DNA of 64,000 bases from Hydrolagus colliei (taxonomy: Eukaryota). The stretch is taken from the NCBI GenBank assembly GCA_035084275.1, contig CM068750.1, forward strand, positions 4,526,001 through 4,590,000. The letters are read 5' to 3'. Shown one piece after another: positions 50,881-63,834 of this stretch. The notes below the pieces were generated by a model that was not told where the DNA came from, made no database searches, and was given only the letters and a program-made list of their open reading frames with translations. The position numbers were made by a program, and so were the translations under genes. Each line of letters begins with the position of its first letter. Position 1 is the first letter of the stretch.

Positions 50881-53154
50881 GAGTCTGGGAGAGGTGGAAA
50901 GGATGGCTGGAAACTCGTTCTCTACCACTGTGCGGATAAGGCAGGAGACATGAGGCAGGCTGGTGCTCGCTAAGCAAAAGGTTGAAGAAAATCGATAGAG
51001 TGAAACTGTGGAAGGATTGAAAAGGTGAGAACGAAGATCTTGAATCTGACCACTTGCAACTGACCATTTCTTCTGGGATCTAGTGTAGCTCTACAATTCT
51101 AACTGTTTGCTTCACATAAACACGATGACGTCAATTGGTGGGGGGATTTACAGCAACGCTGATCCACTTACCCTGTGGTGCTAACGGTTTTAACCTGACA
51201 TTGAACCTAGATTCTGTGAGCACTTTATTTATATTTTGAGATAGATCTGCTATCACAAGAAACTCTTAAAGAGAAGCAGAGATCACCAGAGTTTTTCAGT
51301 GTAAATGGGGGGTAGGGGATGGGGTTGTAAGGCTTGTAATAATCAATATGATAGTGTTAGTACGCTATTACACATGTTCATTTGGGCTGGGTGGGGGGGG
51401 GGGGGGGGGCAGTTAAACCAGAATTCTGTAAACAGGGCCCAAAATATTTTTAGTTATTATAATAAATAATTATTGCAACAATACTTTTTAAAAATCATGT
51501 CTCAATTTGTAAAGCGAATCCATAACATTTCAACAACTTCAAGGGTTACAAGGATTATAATCATTCAGTAGATTGATATTTCTCCGTCTCAAGAAATATC
51601 AAGAAAAGTAAGCGTTCACATTTATTCCTTCCAGTAAGAATTTACCAAACTTTGTGTAATTTAACACAGGTGTCTAACAGGATTCCTGTACATGATCCTA
51701 AGCTGGTTTGAAAGGATCAGATAATGACTAGCTCTCTTGCTGGCGTGACTGATAAATCCACTGCTGGTATGGAACTGAGGTCTGAGACTCTACCGTGTGT
51801 GTAGTGGGTGAGGGTGGGGGTGGGGGGCAAGTTGTTGTCGTTGAGCTATGCAGATCAAGAAGGTCCGAGGTTTAATGTCAGATCTGCAGTCAGTTAGCAT
51901 CTCTCTTCCTTGCCTTGGCTGCACCTCTTCAAGAATGAGGGAGAAATTAGTGTCGCTAAATCAAGCCTGATGCGCTGAACCACAGTCCCAAATCATTAGA
52001 TCAGGGTTTTGCTACAAATACATTTTTTTTACCAAGGCTTAAAGAGGCGCACATGCTGCTTGTTAAGTTGCGTAACTGCGCTGCTGGGCCATGTGTTTGC
52101 TATCATTCATGTGGCAAATTAAATCCTACACTAAAGGCCAACATGTAGAAGCTCAGTCCCATTGTTGTGAACAAGGAGACTTTTTCTGTTGATGAGGGCG
52201 ATGGTTGCGGTGTGTACGGTGACAATTCTCCCCTCCCTCCGTCAATATATCAATCCTTGCATTTGATATAGCGCATGATCACATCACCGAGATGTCTCAA
52301 AGTGCTTCGCAGAATATACTGTAATATGCCTCATCTGGCAGTGCTTCACACTGAAATGGTGCAAAAGTTCACTCGCCAAACAACAGCATGTTGTTTTCTA
52401 AGATGGACTATTTTTCTTCTCCACTGGATTCATTTTTTAAATGAATTTTGCTGCTTAAACCTTAAATAATTCAGCGTGTTGCAGAAATAGAAGCCTGCAG
52501 TTCCTCCTCCCCTGCCCGAAAATAGTCGCGGATTGAGTGACCAAATGTGTTTTCTTGCAGGTCTGGGTTTAGAATTGGTGATCTGATATACTGGAAGGTC
52601 AACTTGTGGGCATATTCCCCTCTCGCTTCCCACCACCACGAACACCACCGTTAAATGTATGATTCCTCTCACCATCTGAAACGTCTCAAAACATCCCGAA
52701 CACTGTAGTAATGGATACTCTCTGCTGGTGCAACATGTTTGTTTACTGTAGCATGAACATATAGAGATAACATTCAGTCCAATAAAAAACTGCTGGCTAC
52801 ACAGGTCCCATTCATCCAGCTTCTCATCCTGCATGAGACACCTTCTGACCCTAATCACTCATCCGTACATTTCAAAGTTAAATACATCCTCATTTATAAT
52901 CGGTACAGCCTTCCATATCATAATAAGTGTGAATCGTTTTATAGCCGTAATATTTTTAAGAGAAGTTTCTGAAAAACGTTGATTGTTGCATAAGTTTGCC
53001 TAAAGGTTTGCATAATTGTTTGCCCTCATGCTATTTGTGGTTGCCTAAAATGTCCTCGCTCTCATTTCCCAGATTTTCAGTTTCTCCCGGTTTAAATTTC
53101 ACTGAGAGCAAGAGCAGAATTGTAGCTTGATGTGCGCAAACGTGACCTTACTCT

Positions 53155-53300
53155 ACGCAAATGGGCTGCCTCGTTCGTCTACAAATATAGTCACTCTGCT
53201 TTACAATAAAACCTTGTGAAGTGCTTTGAGTCATCCTTCTGATGTGAACGGCACTATACGAAATGCAAGGATTGTTATTATTATAGTTATTATTATAATA
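53155..53300 (+). mobile_element. Diverged SINE 3' half
   Basis: CGCAAATGGGCTGCC...AAATGCAAGGATTGTTATT. Confidence 0.75.
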
Positions 53301-54575
53301 ATTGGGACCCGCTCTAAATTTTCCCAGCAAAATATAAAAGAGACCGATTGACAGAGGCAAAAGTACAATCTCAAAGTAGATCCACTGTGCCGAGTTTCAA
53401 GCCTTTAAATCAGTGTTAGATAAATATTTGAAATCTTATTCACCACTTGGCAACCGGAACTTTTCTTCTTAAACAAAAGCTGCTCAAATTAACTTTCGTT
53501 GCTTGAACGTAACCAAAAAAGGAAATAACTTCACGATTGGTGTCGATGGGTGGTGGTGGGGGGGGAGGGAGGGGGTGGGGGGGGAGTGCGGAGGGAAAGG
53601 TACTGGGCTGCCAGAGGACACAAAGTTCCAGAAAGTACTGTACCACTTAATCTAAAGGCTGTACTGTGTAACCATTTCGCCTTCAAATTTGAGATCACAC
53701 CAAATTGTGGGAAGCTGTTAAACTCAGTTGTCGCTTGAAGCGGTTTATTCACAGTGTTCATTGGAATCAGCTACATTTAAGAGATTTCCACAATTGTGCG
53801 CTAGCTTACATTTTCTGATCAGCTAAGATAGCACTATTGAAAGTTCCAGCGCAGAACGCAGCCATTTGGCCCAACATTTCAATAAAAATGTCATTGAGAT
53901 GTCTCAAAGTGCTTCGCAGGAAATACACTGGAAAGTGGAGTCATTTCAAAAATTTGGTGTATTTTGTGGGGGAAACCCGGCAGCCAGTTAACGCATGAAA
54001 ATGTCTTACAAAACGCAGGCATTCGATGCCTTTGAAGCGTATATAACAAATCCTAGGAGCTCATGGACTAAAAAGCAGAGGAAAAGGCAATCAGCGGATG
54101 TCGCTTGTCTGTCACTTCCCCCAAAATGGCAAGAGTTTCACATCTGTTTAGTTGGTAACCTGAATTTTGCACCACTGCTTCACTTCATACCGAAAGCTGT
54201 AATATTGCCAGTAATGTATATTGCTTTCATTCCCAACCATTTTTCACAAGTGTTTATCAATTGTCTGTTTCTGACAATAGGGGGTTAGGGGGTTAGAGAG
54301 AGCTCAAGAGATAGGATATAACCTCAGCTGCTGTTTTCACTTTGAATTAGATCAATGAGGGTAACTTTAACCCATCCGCGACTAACAACAGTGGCCTGTG
54401 CCATAGTAAGGATGACAGCAGTTCTCCTCTGCCTCCCCCTAGCGTCCATTTTACCTGTGCAAGCCTAGAGAGAATCTATTTGCAGGTTATCTAACCAATC
54501 TGGGGAGGAGGAAGATGGAAAGCAGAGGAAAATACTTCAGTTAAGCAAGTGACTGACCCTCATCCTCTGTTACTT

Positions 54576-54772
54576 CTATCCCGCGGTCCCTCCGCCTTGC
54601 CCCATACTTTGCCTCCTTGGAGATCCAAGTCAAGACCCACCTCTTAGACCGTGCTTGCAGATACCTTCCTTCATCCCTCCCCTCCTGCCCTCCACGATCT
54701 CAACCCCCAGCTCAGGTCATCTTCCCAACATGAAAGGCGCTGTACAAACGTCATTATTTTGTTAATGTTGTT
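54576..54772 (+). mobile_element. Degraded L2 3' end
   Basis: TCAAGACCCACCTCTTAGACCGTGC...TGAAAGGCGCTGTACAAA. Confidence 0.7.
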
Positions 54773-55064
54773 CCTGACTTCACTCAGTGTCCACTTTCCA
54801 GGCAAATCACCAGGTATTGAAACTCATGCTGTGGAAGGGGATGGAGTTGAAGTGAGGGTCATGAGGCTAATTGTAGCATCCTTACAGCTACTTATATTGC
54901 ACCACAATTTACTCCTGTTAAATTGATCCCGTTAAAGAGCAGGTTATATTGAAATGCACCCTTAAGATACATGACCCCTTGATGCCACATATTGTAGGGC
55001 TGTGGTTTGAACCCTGAGGTTTGGCTCCATTGGGGAAGAAAATAATTACAAACAGGAATACTTC

Positions 55065-55275
55065 CACACACCTGATAATAATAATAACACCTATAAAACA
55101 AATTGGTCATTTCAATCCATGACTGTTTGTGGGACACTGCTGTGCGCAATTGTCTGCCACGTTTTGCCCACAGGTTAATTCACTTTACAGTACATTCTGT
55201 GAAGAGTTTTGAGACGTCTAGAAGACATGAAAAGCGCTATATCAAATGCAAGGATTATTATTATTTTATTTTATT
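55065..55275 (+). mobile_element. SINE lacking head
   Basis: Family body and tail. Confidence 0.9.
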
Positions 55276-56114
55276 ATTAATACAGTGTGCACTCATTAAA
55301 CTTTGAACTCACAGTTTGGACTGACACTATACCATAAGATCGATTACTGCATCGAATGCAAAGATCTTTATATAGCCCCATTCTTGCACTCCACCCAATA
55401 CATAAACACACTTACGCAAACCACAAGTGGCAGCTGTGGTTTTGGTGCTGTTTGGAGGAGCTAAAGGAGCTAACTGTTAACCACTGAATGGCCTGGAGGC
55501 AATAGAGAAAGACAATCTATTTTAATATTCAATTGTCAATATCCGCTATGTGATACACATGATAATTCACGTCCGCTGTGGTGAAGAGGACGGGTTTAAA
55601 ACAAAGGTGAGCACTCTCTTGTGTTATAAAGAAATGGCTGTGGAAGTTTTGAGATATCTAGCAGAGGATGTTGTGAACCAGGCTACTATTCCAAAGGTTG
55701 AGCCAACACACTTTTTTGGGGTCATTCAAGACCTGTGGTGTCCATTGACAAGCAATCAATGTCCCTGCTGTAGGAGTGTCTGTGACTCTGTAATAAGGGC
55801 CTTAAGCACTGAGCTGCTGGAAAGATAATGTGCCATGCTGCAGGAGACAGGTAACACTGCTGTGTGTTCTATATACCTACTGTCATGAAGCATCGAGGCA
55901 GCTATGGAGAGATATTGAGCAAGACTAGTATGGGGGGGAAGTTTCCAGAATTGGTCATTTAAATCTTTGAAAGAACTAAATGTACCTTTCAATAAGGTTT
56001 TTCACTAAAAGAAAAGGTCGTGTTGAAAGGCATGAAAACCTTTCAAGGTGGATCATTACTCACAGGTCAAGCCTTCTCTTTGCACATGACTGAACTGCTG
56101 AAATTGTAGAGTGA

Positions 56115-56320
56115 CAACAACGAGATTCGATTTGTATAGCGCCTTTTCTGTCGGGCGGACGTCCAGAGATGCTGGACAATCAGCGTCTCAGAGCCGCCGC
56201 CCTGCGTGGAGGGCGTATATACAACAACGCAAGTTGTCGTTGTCCAGTGCTTTGTGACGTCCTCCTGACGTGAAAGGCGCTATCTATACAAGTGTAATTT
56301 GGTTATTTTGTTGTTGCTGA
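56115..56320. mobile_element. Two short L2 tails head-to-head (- 56115-56190; + 56240-56320)
   Basis: The tail motif occurs in both orientations about 50 bp apart. Confidence 0.75.
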
Positions 56321-56364
56321 TATTTCGGACCCGAGCTGGGAGTCACGATTGGGGAGAGTGGAGG

Positions 56365-56505
56365 GTGGTGAGCTGGTGGTCCACTTTCTTAGTGAATCAC
56401 TAGATGGTGAAAAGGAGCAGAAACTCTGGCTGAATTATTCCTTCCTAGACCAGCAGAGCGAGGTCAGTTGTAATACCCCTTTGCCACTACCGTAATCAGG
56501 ATTGT
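56365..56505 (-). mobile_element. Ancient SINE-like fragment (same old family)
   Basis: Reverse complement contains TACAACTGACCTC..CTAGGAAGGAATAATTCAGCCAGAGTTTCTGCTCCT..ATCTAGTGA. Confidence 0.5.
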
Positions 56506-57429
56506 CATATTTCTGAAATAATTCAAGACATGCTAATCTGTCCTTTACATACTATTTTGCAAGCTAAAGAAAATCTTTAAGTACTTTTTGTAATGCAAGT
56601 CTTAACTAAACTTGCCCTCACTGCAGTAGATACTTTTGTCTATTAAGAAAAATGCACAGACAAAGCAGTTCTTGTTGTATGGGAAATGTCAGCAATGAAA
56701 ACAATGTTCAAAGAACTCACCAGCGACATTTTAAACAGAATGTGAATTGCATTGGTTCAGCTTCCTAATATTGAATGACTGTGATTCTGAATGTTGTGTT
56801 AAGTTGAAGAATATATTACTGCCACGAATGCCATCCTTCGGATGGACTGATGGGTGGAAAAGATCATTACCTTTGGAGACACCTTTTTACACTCGGCAAT
56901 AAGATGCTCTTCAGAAGGTAACCTAATTACACAGCTCACGTTCCACTTTCAATGATGTCTGCAAAGTTCCTGCTGTAAACCTCAACAAATCAATTCATAT
57001 TGGCCATCCTAGACAGACATTTCTGGGTGCACGACACATTCATATCTATGTGAATGAACTTCGTATCAACACCGTGAAGGGAAATCTATGAAACGACTTG
57101 ACTTAGAAGCTCATGTTCACATTCCAACTAGAAAGCAAGTTGGATCTCTGTCAGGATCTATAATAAAGTAATAAATCACTATAACAGGTTTGCAGGTGTC
57201 ATTTGTTCTTGTTGCCCTGCTGACCAGCCATTAATTTGCGGGAGGCTCATAACACTTTTATTGACAGCAAACCAGCGGACAGAGTGAGTGGTGTTGACTG
57301 CTACAGTTGTTCAATATTAGGAATACCACCATTACAAAAGCGACAGATCACACCTCGAGACGATTTGGCTGTTGACATTGGGAGCTTAAATTGGGGTAGG
57401 TCAAGGCTTAAATTGCCAACAAAAAAAAT

Positions 57430-57550
57430 GTTTTGCCTACAAAATATACAGTCAATTCACTTGATGGTAATGTTCTGTGAAGCTCTTTGAGGCATCTCGA
57501 AGACATGATAAGGCGCTGTATCAAATGCAAAGATTATTATTGCTATTATT
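57430..57550 (+). mobile_element. SINE 3' fragment
   Basis: Family tail motifs. Confidence 0.8.
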
Positions 57551-59254
57551 AAATCTAATACAGAAGATGTACAAATAGGGCTGGAGAGCTTAGGGTCATA
57601 AATGCTCCATCCAAGTCTGAGAGCAGCAGTACAAATACCCTACATCCAAAACAATACAGAACTAAATGAAGACAATATCCACATTGCAGACAACATCAGG
57701 ACACATTAATGAAGGTTTACCTGCTTGCAGACTATTTTTAATACAGTACTTTCTGGTAATGACTGTTCAATTAGTCATTTTAATAGCCTTGCAAAGCTTT
57801 TAATCAATAAAGTGCCTTGCAGCAAAATACAAGGCAAACTCCCAACTCCCTGTGAAACACTTATCCATCGCGGACATGCAACCTGAAACTGCTACGAGAC
57901 AAAAAAAAATGTTTATGCTTTTATTCCACTTCTAGATCGATGTGACAAAACAAAGGGAAATAATGCAGTCAGCCTCATTGTGTGAAAGCTTTGCTGCTCA
58001 GACAGGCCAGACTGATGCTTTATCACATAGCTTTTGTCATTTGAGCGAGAGACAGTGTGAGACAGAGGGAAGGGGCAGACACATATACATGATACACCCC
58101 CACACACACACACACTCACAGCGTAGGCAAAGGACTGATATGCCATTATCTAGATTTCCCTTTAAAAGTTGGGGTCATCCTGACACAAAGGAAATGCTTG
58201 TTTATGGCACTGGGTGCCTCGAAGGAGATATAGTGTGTTTCTATTCTGCATTACAAAAAGAAAACTTTTAAATAAATGATCAGATCTCAATTTCTCAACG
58301 CAGCACCTGGATCATGAGCTAAATGAAGTACATTTGGTGGGGAATGGGTTCAGAATTGCTTCCTTTGAGATGTTCTCCTGACATGAAAGGCATTACCATA
58401 CTGTTTATCAAATGTAAGGATTATTATGAGTGAAGTTAAAATCGACTGGATAGATTTTTTTACTAGAGATGGGATATTAAAATAGACAGGTGAGCTGTGT
58501 GGCAAGTAAAATGATTTGGTTTAATAACAGGCTCGGGCAAGTCATTTTACTCTTCATCTTTTGCTGTTGATTGACATCTCTGTACCATTTAGCAACCCTG
58601 GTAGATTGTGAATAGGGTTCAGCCAGAAATCCTGGAGGATAGCGCCGCCTGCTGGCACTTCAAGTTTATAAGGAGGTCATTGATAATTCAAGGAGCTCAA
58701 GTGGAGGAGATTATTAAAACTTTTCCAAAATGCCTTTCTCCCAAATCCCGCCTTGCACTGCCTCACGAAATCCACTTTAAAGGTACTATATTATAATTGC
58801 AAGTTGCCTCTGTTTATGTAAAGGCTTCTTATTAATAACCTTGACATATATTTGGAGCAATAGAACATTTCTCTCCTCAAAGTCTCTGAGTGTTGACTCC
58901 TTTCAAGCGTCTCTGGGACGTCCTCCCGACGTGAAAGGCGCTCTATGAATGTAATTTTGTTGACGCTGTTCTAGGGAACGTTTCTTCCACCCTCCCTACC
59001 CAACCTTCTGACGTTGTTAGAAGTTAAATGATTCCACCAGAACTCAAAAGGCACTGGTTCCAGAAAATGTTCATCTGTTTCACTTCCAGTAATTCCCTCC
59101 TCCAAAGGGATCAAATCCAAACTGAGATACAGTCCACGAATTGATGCACATCATGTCACGGCAAGTTGCAGTCACCAGAGGGAGCAACAGGCCCATGGGC
59201 TCGTAGTGTGGCCAGCACTGAGCAGTGAAGGAGATTTTACAGATGGTGGATACA

Positions 59255-59500
59255 ATACATTATAATTTACATTTATACAGTGCCTTTCACATCAGGAGGT
59301 CCTCCAAAGTTCATTCACTGTGCTCGAATGGGCACGCAAGCTGGGGGAGGGGGGGTGGTGAGGGTCGGGAGGGGAAAGATGTTTGCAAAGGGAAGCGATG
59401 GCCTGGTTGATAGGATTGAAGGATGTTGCGGAGGGAGGGAGGGAGGGAGGGTAAGGGCAAGACCATGGAGGGATTTAAAGTTGAGAACGGGGAAAGTTCA
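59255..59500 (-). mobile_element. Degraded L2 3' end
   Basis: TGCCTTTCACATCAGGAGG followed by a G-rich 3'UTR complement. Confidence 0.65.
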
Positions 59501-59579
59501 ACTCGACGCCAAGTCGGAATGTCCACTGTGATATTTTGTGAAGTCTTCCTTTGCCTAGGCACAGAGATCGGGCTTTGCA

Positions 59580-59685
59580 AAAAAAAAAACACACAATAAT
59601 AAAAATTGGTCATTTCAATCCACGACTGTTTGTGGGACGCTGCTGTGCGCAATTGGCTGCCGTGTTTCGTCCACAAATATACAAC
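59580..59685 (+). mobile_element. SINE internal fragment
   Basis: AATTGGTCATTTCAATCCACGACTGTTTGTGGGACGCTGCTGTGCGCAATTGG. Confidence 0.85.
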
Positions 59686-61505
59686 ATCAACAACAACTTT
59701 GATTTATATAGTGCCTTCCACACCAGACGGCGTCTCAGTAATCTTCAAACATATTTTCTCCTGGCGCCAAATTCACACGGCATATTGGGGGAGAACTTGC
59801 TCGATTGATTAATTTTCTTGTGACTGCTGCAGCCTCTGGTCACTCATTTTAGGAATGCATGGCATAATGAGAAACTCAATAACATGTAAATTTCACTTTT
59901 ATCACCCAAAACAAAACAGGCTCCGATGACACCCTCTGGGAATCCCTTGCATTTGGGGCACTGATCTGATCTGCATACAATGTGAAGTAATTGGAAACCC
60001 CAATCTCCTCTGGAGGGTTGAATGAAATGCTAAGCGCTCAAGGTGCAAGGCTGTAGAGCTTTCGTTCTAGTGAATCGATTAGGGTTTCCTAGGGCTTTTG
60101 AGTGACATACATAATGTAGGAAAAAAATAGAAATTGGAGCACTTCTAAGCAATCAATTTCAGCCTCTTTACACCCACACGGTTGCATTGCTATTTAGGAC
60201 TACTCTTCATCTATGTGACATGTGCATTTGCGTCACAAAGGTCTAATAATAATGATAATCATACTGCGGTAGCTGCATGCAAACCTTTATATAGACCTTA
60301 TGCCCCAGGTATACACTGCAATCCTGCACATATACATAATGGCACAGAAAGAACTGTGGTGATTCCTGGAATGTTACAGCACAGAAAAATGGCTGCTCCG
60401 ATTTTGCTTCAAATTTGGAGGAAATTGCAACTTGCCACACAAATACATATGAGGTACTGTAGGGGCCTGCAGTTTTCTGGCTAATAGTTTGAGCTCCACG
60501 GTTTCAAGGGATTCACGGTATCACAAGCTCAAGTGGCTGGGAGCTCTACTCTGAATAAGAAGGAAAGAAAATGTGATAACTTGATTGATGGGCAGGAGCT
60601 GGAAAAAAAACTTTGACACGGGCACTGCCTTTCATGGCTGCAATAGTACAGTAACTCAACAATTACTCTGGGCAAAATGAATCAATCCTAATTCCCTTCA
60701 ACAAATGCTTTACAAAGTTTACTACACTTAAACCTCTGAGCGTTGCTGTGCATGCAGAGTTTGAGACCTGCTGTCTTATGTGGGTTGTTTTTTTTCCATC
60801 TGACACATGCAGAAATCCATCTCCATATTTAAGATATTCTTTAAAGGCTCCCAGGTGAAAGAAAGTCAAACTGCTTTCGTCCAAGCTGGCAGCCCGCAAC
60901 GCAAGAATGTTATCAGCATTTCAAACAGTTAACATTCCACAAATCCATTTTCTTTCATTCCTTTTATATTGCACTAATATTGTTAGGGAATTACAATGGT
61001 GAGGAAGCTTATTCACAAACAAAACTAGTTCATGAAAGAATCGTTGAGATGGCAAACCTGTGGGAGTTTTGCATTGAAATACTGACCCAGACCTTTGAAA
61101 GAGAATCTTTATCGTGTAACATTTGCCAGCTTTCCTTCATGTTTGCATTAAAAGCATTTTTTCTTAAGAGTCATCCTGGTTGATCCGTGGACAGCTTTTT
61201 GAAGTGGTCGGAGAGCAGTTTGAAATGCAGCCCATCAAAATGCTGCCTTTGTGGAAAGCGATTTGTTTCCAGCTTAAACTCATTACTGCTGTATTGGGGT
61301 TTGGAGAGTTTTTAAGCAGGAACATATTCGATGATAAAACCAATATGTGAAGACACAAAATACAGTAATCTGGAATAATTCCAGTGGTTGTAAGAGGCAT
61401 CAGGTAATTGGAAAAAGAGATCGCCTTTAATATCACATTGTTATAACTCCTGCAAAAGTCCATCTTCGCCGTGTATGACCATAAAATATACAGTCAATTC
61501 ACTTT

Positions 61506-61792
61506 AATAATAATAATAATCATCGTTCCATTAAATATAGTGCTTTTCACATCTCCTGGACATCTCAAAGGATATATTGTGAAGTGAATTGACTGTCTTT
61601 TTTTTGTGTGGGCGAAACACGGCATCCAATTGTGCACAAACAGTCATGGATTGAGATGACCAATTTTCTTTGAGGAATTACCATCATGTGTGTGGAGTAA
61701 GGAAACTTCCCCATGATTTTGCCCTGCCTTGAATCGAACCCGGGTCTCTTACTTGCAAGGCAAGTGCTCTAACCACTGAGCTACAGGACTCC
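61506..61792 (-). mobile_element. tRNA-derived SINE, full length, flanked by plus-strand SINE fragments (about 61480-61505 and 61830-61922)
   Basis: GGAGTCCTGTAGCTCAGTGGTTAGAGCAC...GGTTCGATTC head, followed by body and tail. Confidence 0.9.
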
Positions 61793-63654
61793 TACAGTGC
61801 AGTATATAGTACTGTATATGCAATATATTCCTTTGCAGGATATTCTGTGAAGCATTTTGAAATGCCTCAAAGATGTGACAAGGCGCTATATCAAATGCAA
61901 GGATTATTATTATTATTATTACTACAGGATATCAAATGTTATATTCAAGATATTTAATAGTAAATGTATGTATACTAGTTAACAATGTGGTTGTTCACCT
62001 CTGCAACTCATTGAACTATTTGATCAGCTTCTGCCTGGTTCAGTTTAGACAGCTACAGCTCCGCACTGTTACTGTGCCACAGCTTCATAGTGGCAGCTGC
62101 CCTAACGGTGGGAAGCCATGTAAACTTTAGCATCTGCACTCTGTTACGTCTGGAGATTAGAGAATTTCATCCACATTTTCGCTCAGCTGTTACAAGGTGA
62201 ATAATCATCTGCTAATAATGAAGCTCGTCAAATGTTTACTGAGCAATCCATCGACGTGTGAACAGAAAACATTTACTCAAGAATGCAAGCTTCTTATATG
62301 GGAATGAACCGTAAAATAAATGCACATAACCCCCTTGCAATGCCAAAAAAAATTAACAGATGTGAAACACACTCATGGATGAGCACAATGCACAAAGAGC
62401 AAAGTAAGATGGTAAATATGAAACAGAAGATACAAGCATGTCAGGGCAAAAGTGTTTGAAATCGACTATGTGAAACACAGCTGCGGAGAATCTAAGGGAT
62501 TCGAGGAGGATCTTTTAATGTGTGTACACAGCTCTAATCTTCCATTGCACTTAAAGCTTTGGAGTTGACAGGCAATAATTTGAAACCAGCCTCCAGAGCA
62601 GTGGCCACTGGCCAATGAGGTATTTTACATCCACTAATCCTTTAATCAACCTTAAAAAAAATTAAAAGGGAAAATCCCGATCCTTAATTACTGTGGTTTA
62701 TTTGAATATTTCTCAGTATTTCTTTCGCTTTGAAAATATATCCTCCTATATCAAATGTAAGGATTATTATTATTCTGTAGAAGTAAAAGAACAGTGGAGA
62801 TTTTAGGATATAATTCTTACCTATACAGGTTCTGCCTGATTATTACTATTCTGAATTCCTTATAATGTTTCAACATCTCGGAGAAACCTTTTTCAGATTA
62901 AGTATCAGGAAGTGTGTTGTCATACAGGTCCTGCACCTTGTGAGTCGCATAGATTCTCCCAAGGCCATTATCATTATTTTAATCTACACCACAAGTCTTG
63001 GGAATGACAGCTAAACCGTACCGGTCTGATGGATCTCAACTCTTCAAAGAGAAAAAGGATCCACCGGCTGAGTAGATTCACTGGCCCGATGAGAGAAACC
63101 CTACTCACTGCAGTACCCACCTGGTTCACTGAGAACATTTCACTTGTGATTGATCCTGTATTCCTCTAAACCCACATGGATCTAAAGTGCTTATAATTTA
63201 AAGAGCCTAAGTTTTTAATAATACTAACATTACATACGTAACACATATAAACATTATGGGCAAGATAATAAGATATAGGGTTAAAAGAACGTCAGACTAT
63301 ATAAACATCCAGTAAAAACATGTTCTTTATAGTAATATGTTTATGCAATGAAGTATTAATAGATTTGAGAGTAACATGACCTAGCGTTATCTCAATTAAG
63401 ATGTTCGAAAATTTCTTTATAAAGCTGATGATATCCTTTACAGCCACACTTGGGGTTCCTTAACCAAGGAAAATCCATTAGTAGATGGTTGATAGTTAGT
63501 AGATAATTAGTATAAGGGAGTTTACTAGAATCTTTTTATGACCATCTTTTCATGAGTTGATCAAGAAAAGCAATGTTGTTCCTCTTATTACCCTATACAA
63601 ATCAAACAGAAATTGTTCTGCCTCTTCAGTGGCTAATTGAGTTGTTCTATTGAA

Positions 63655-63805
63655 CATCTGAGATATAGGGAGCAAGAGAATCCCACTTTCAATCCTCAAT
63701 TTGTGTTGAGTTCATTGGTCTCAACTGGGGTGGATTATGGTACAATGGATTTCAATGCCCTGAGCTAAGGAGAGGAAAATTAATCAGCCATTCTTCCTAC
63801 TTTCC
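63655..63805 (+). mobile_element. Ancient SINE-like fragment (same old family), 5' part
   Basis: TGTGTTGAGTT..GGTCTCAACTGGGG..TACAATGG..GCCCTGAGCTAAGGAGAGGAAAATTAATCAGCCA, overlapping the 56365 copy by similarity. Confidence 0.5.
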
Positions 63806-63834
63806 TACTTCACTCTTGCCCCCACCTATCCCTC

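Noticed and set aside
62000-63800. Possible 3' exons of CYP46A1, the upstream neighbour of EML1 in mammals
   Set aside because: No cytochrome P450 motif (FxxGxRxCxG, ExxR) was recognisable in the ORF track or by eye.
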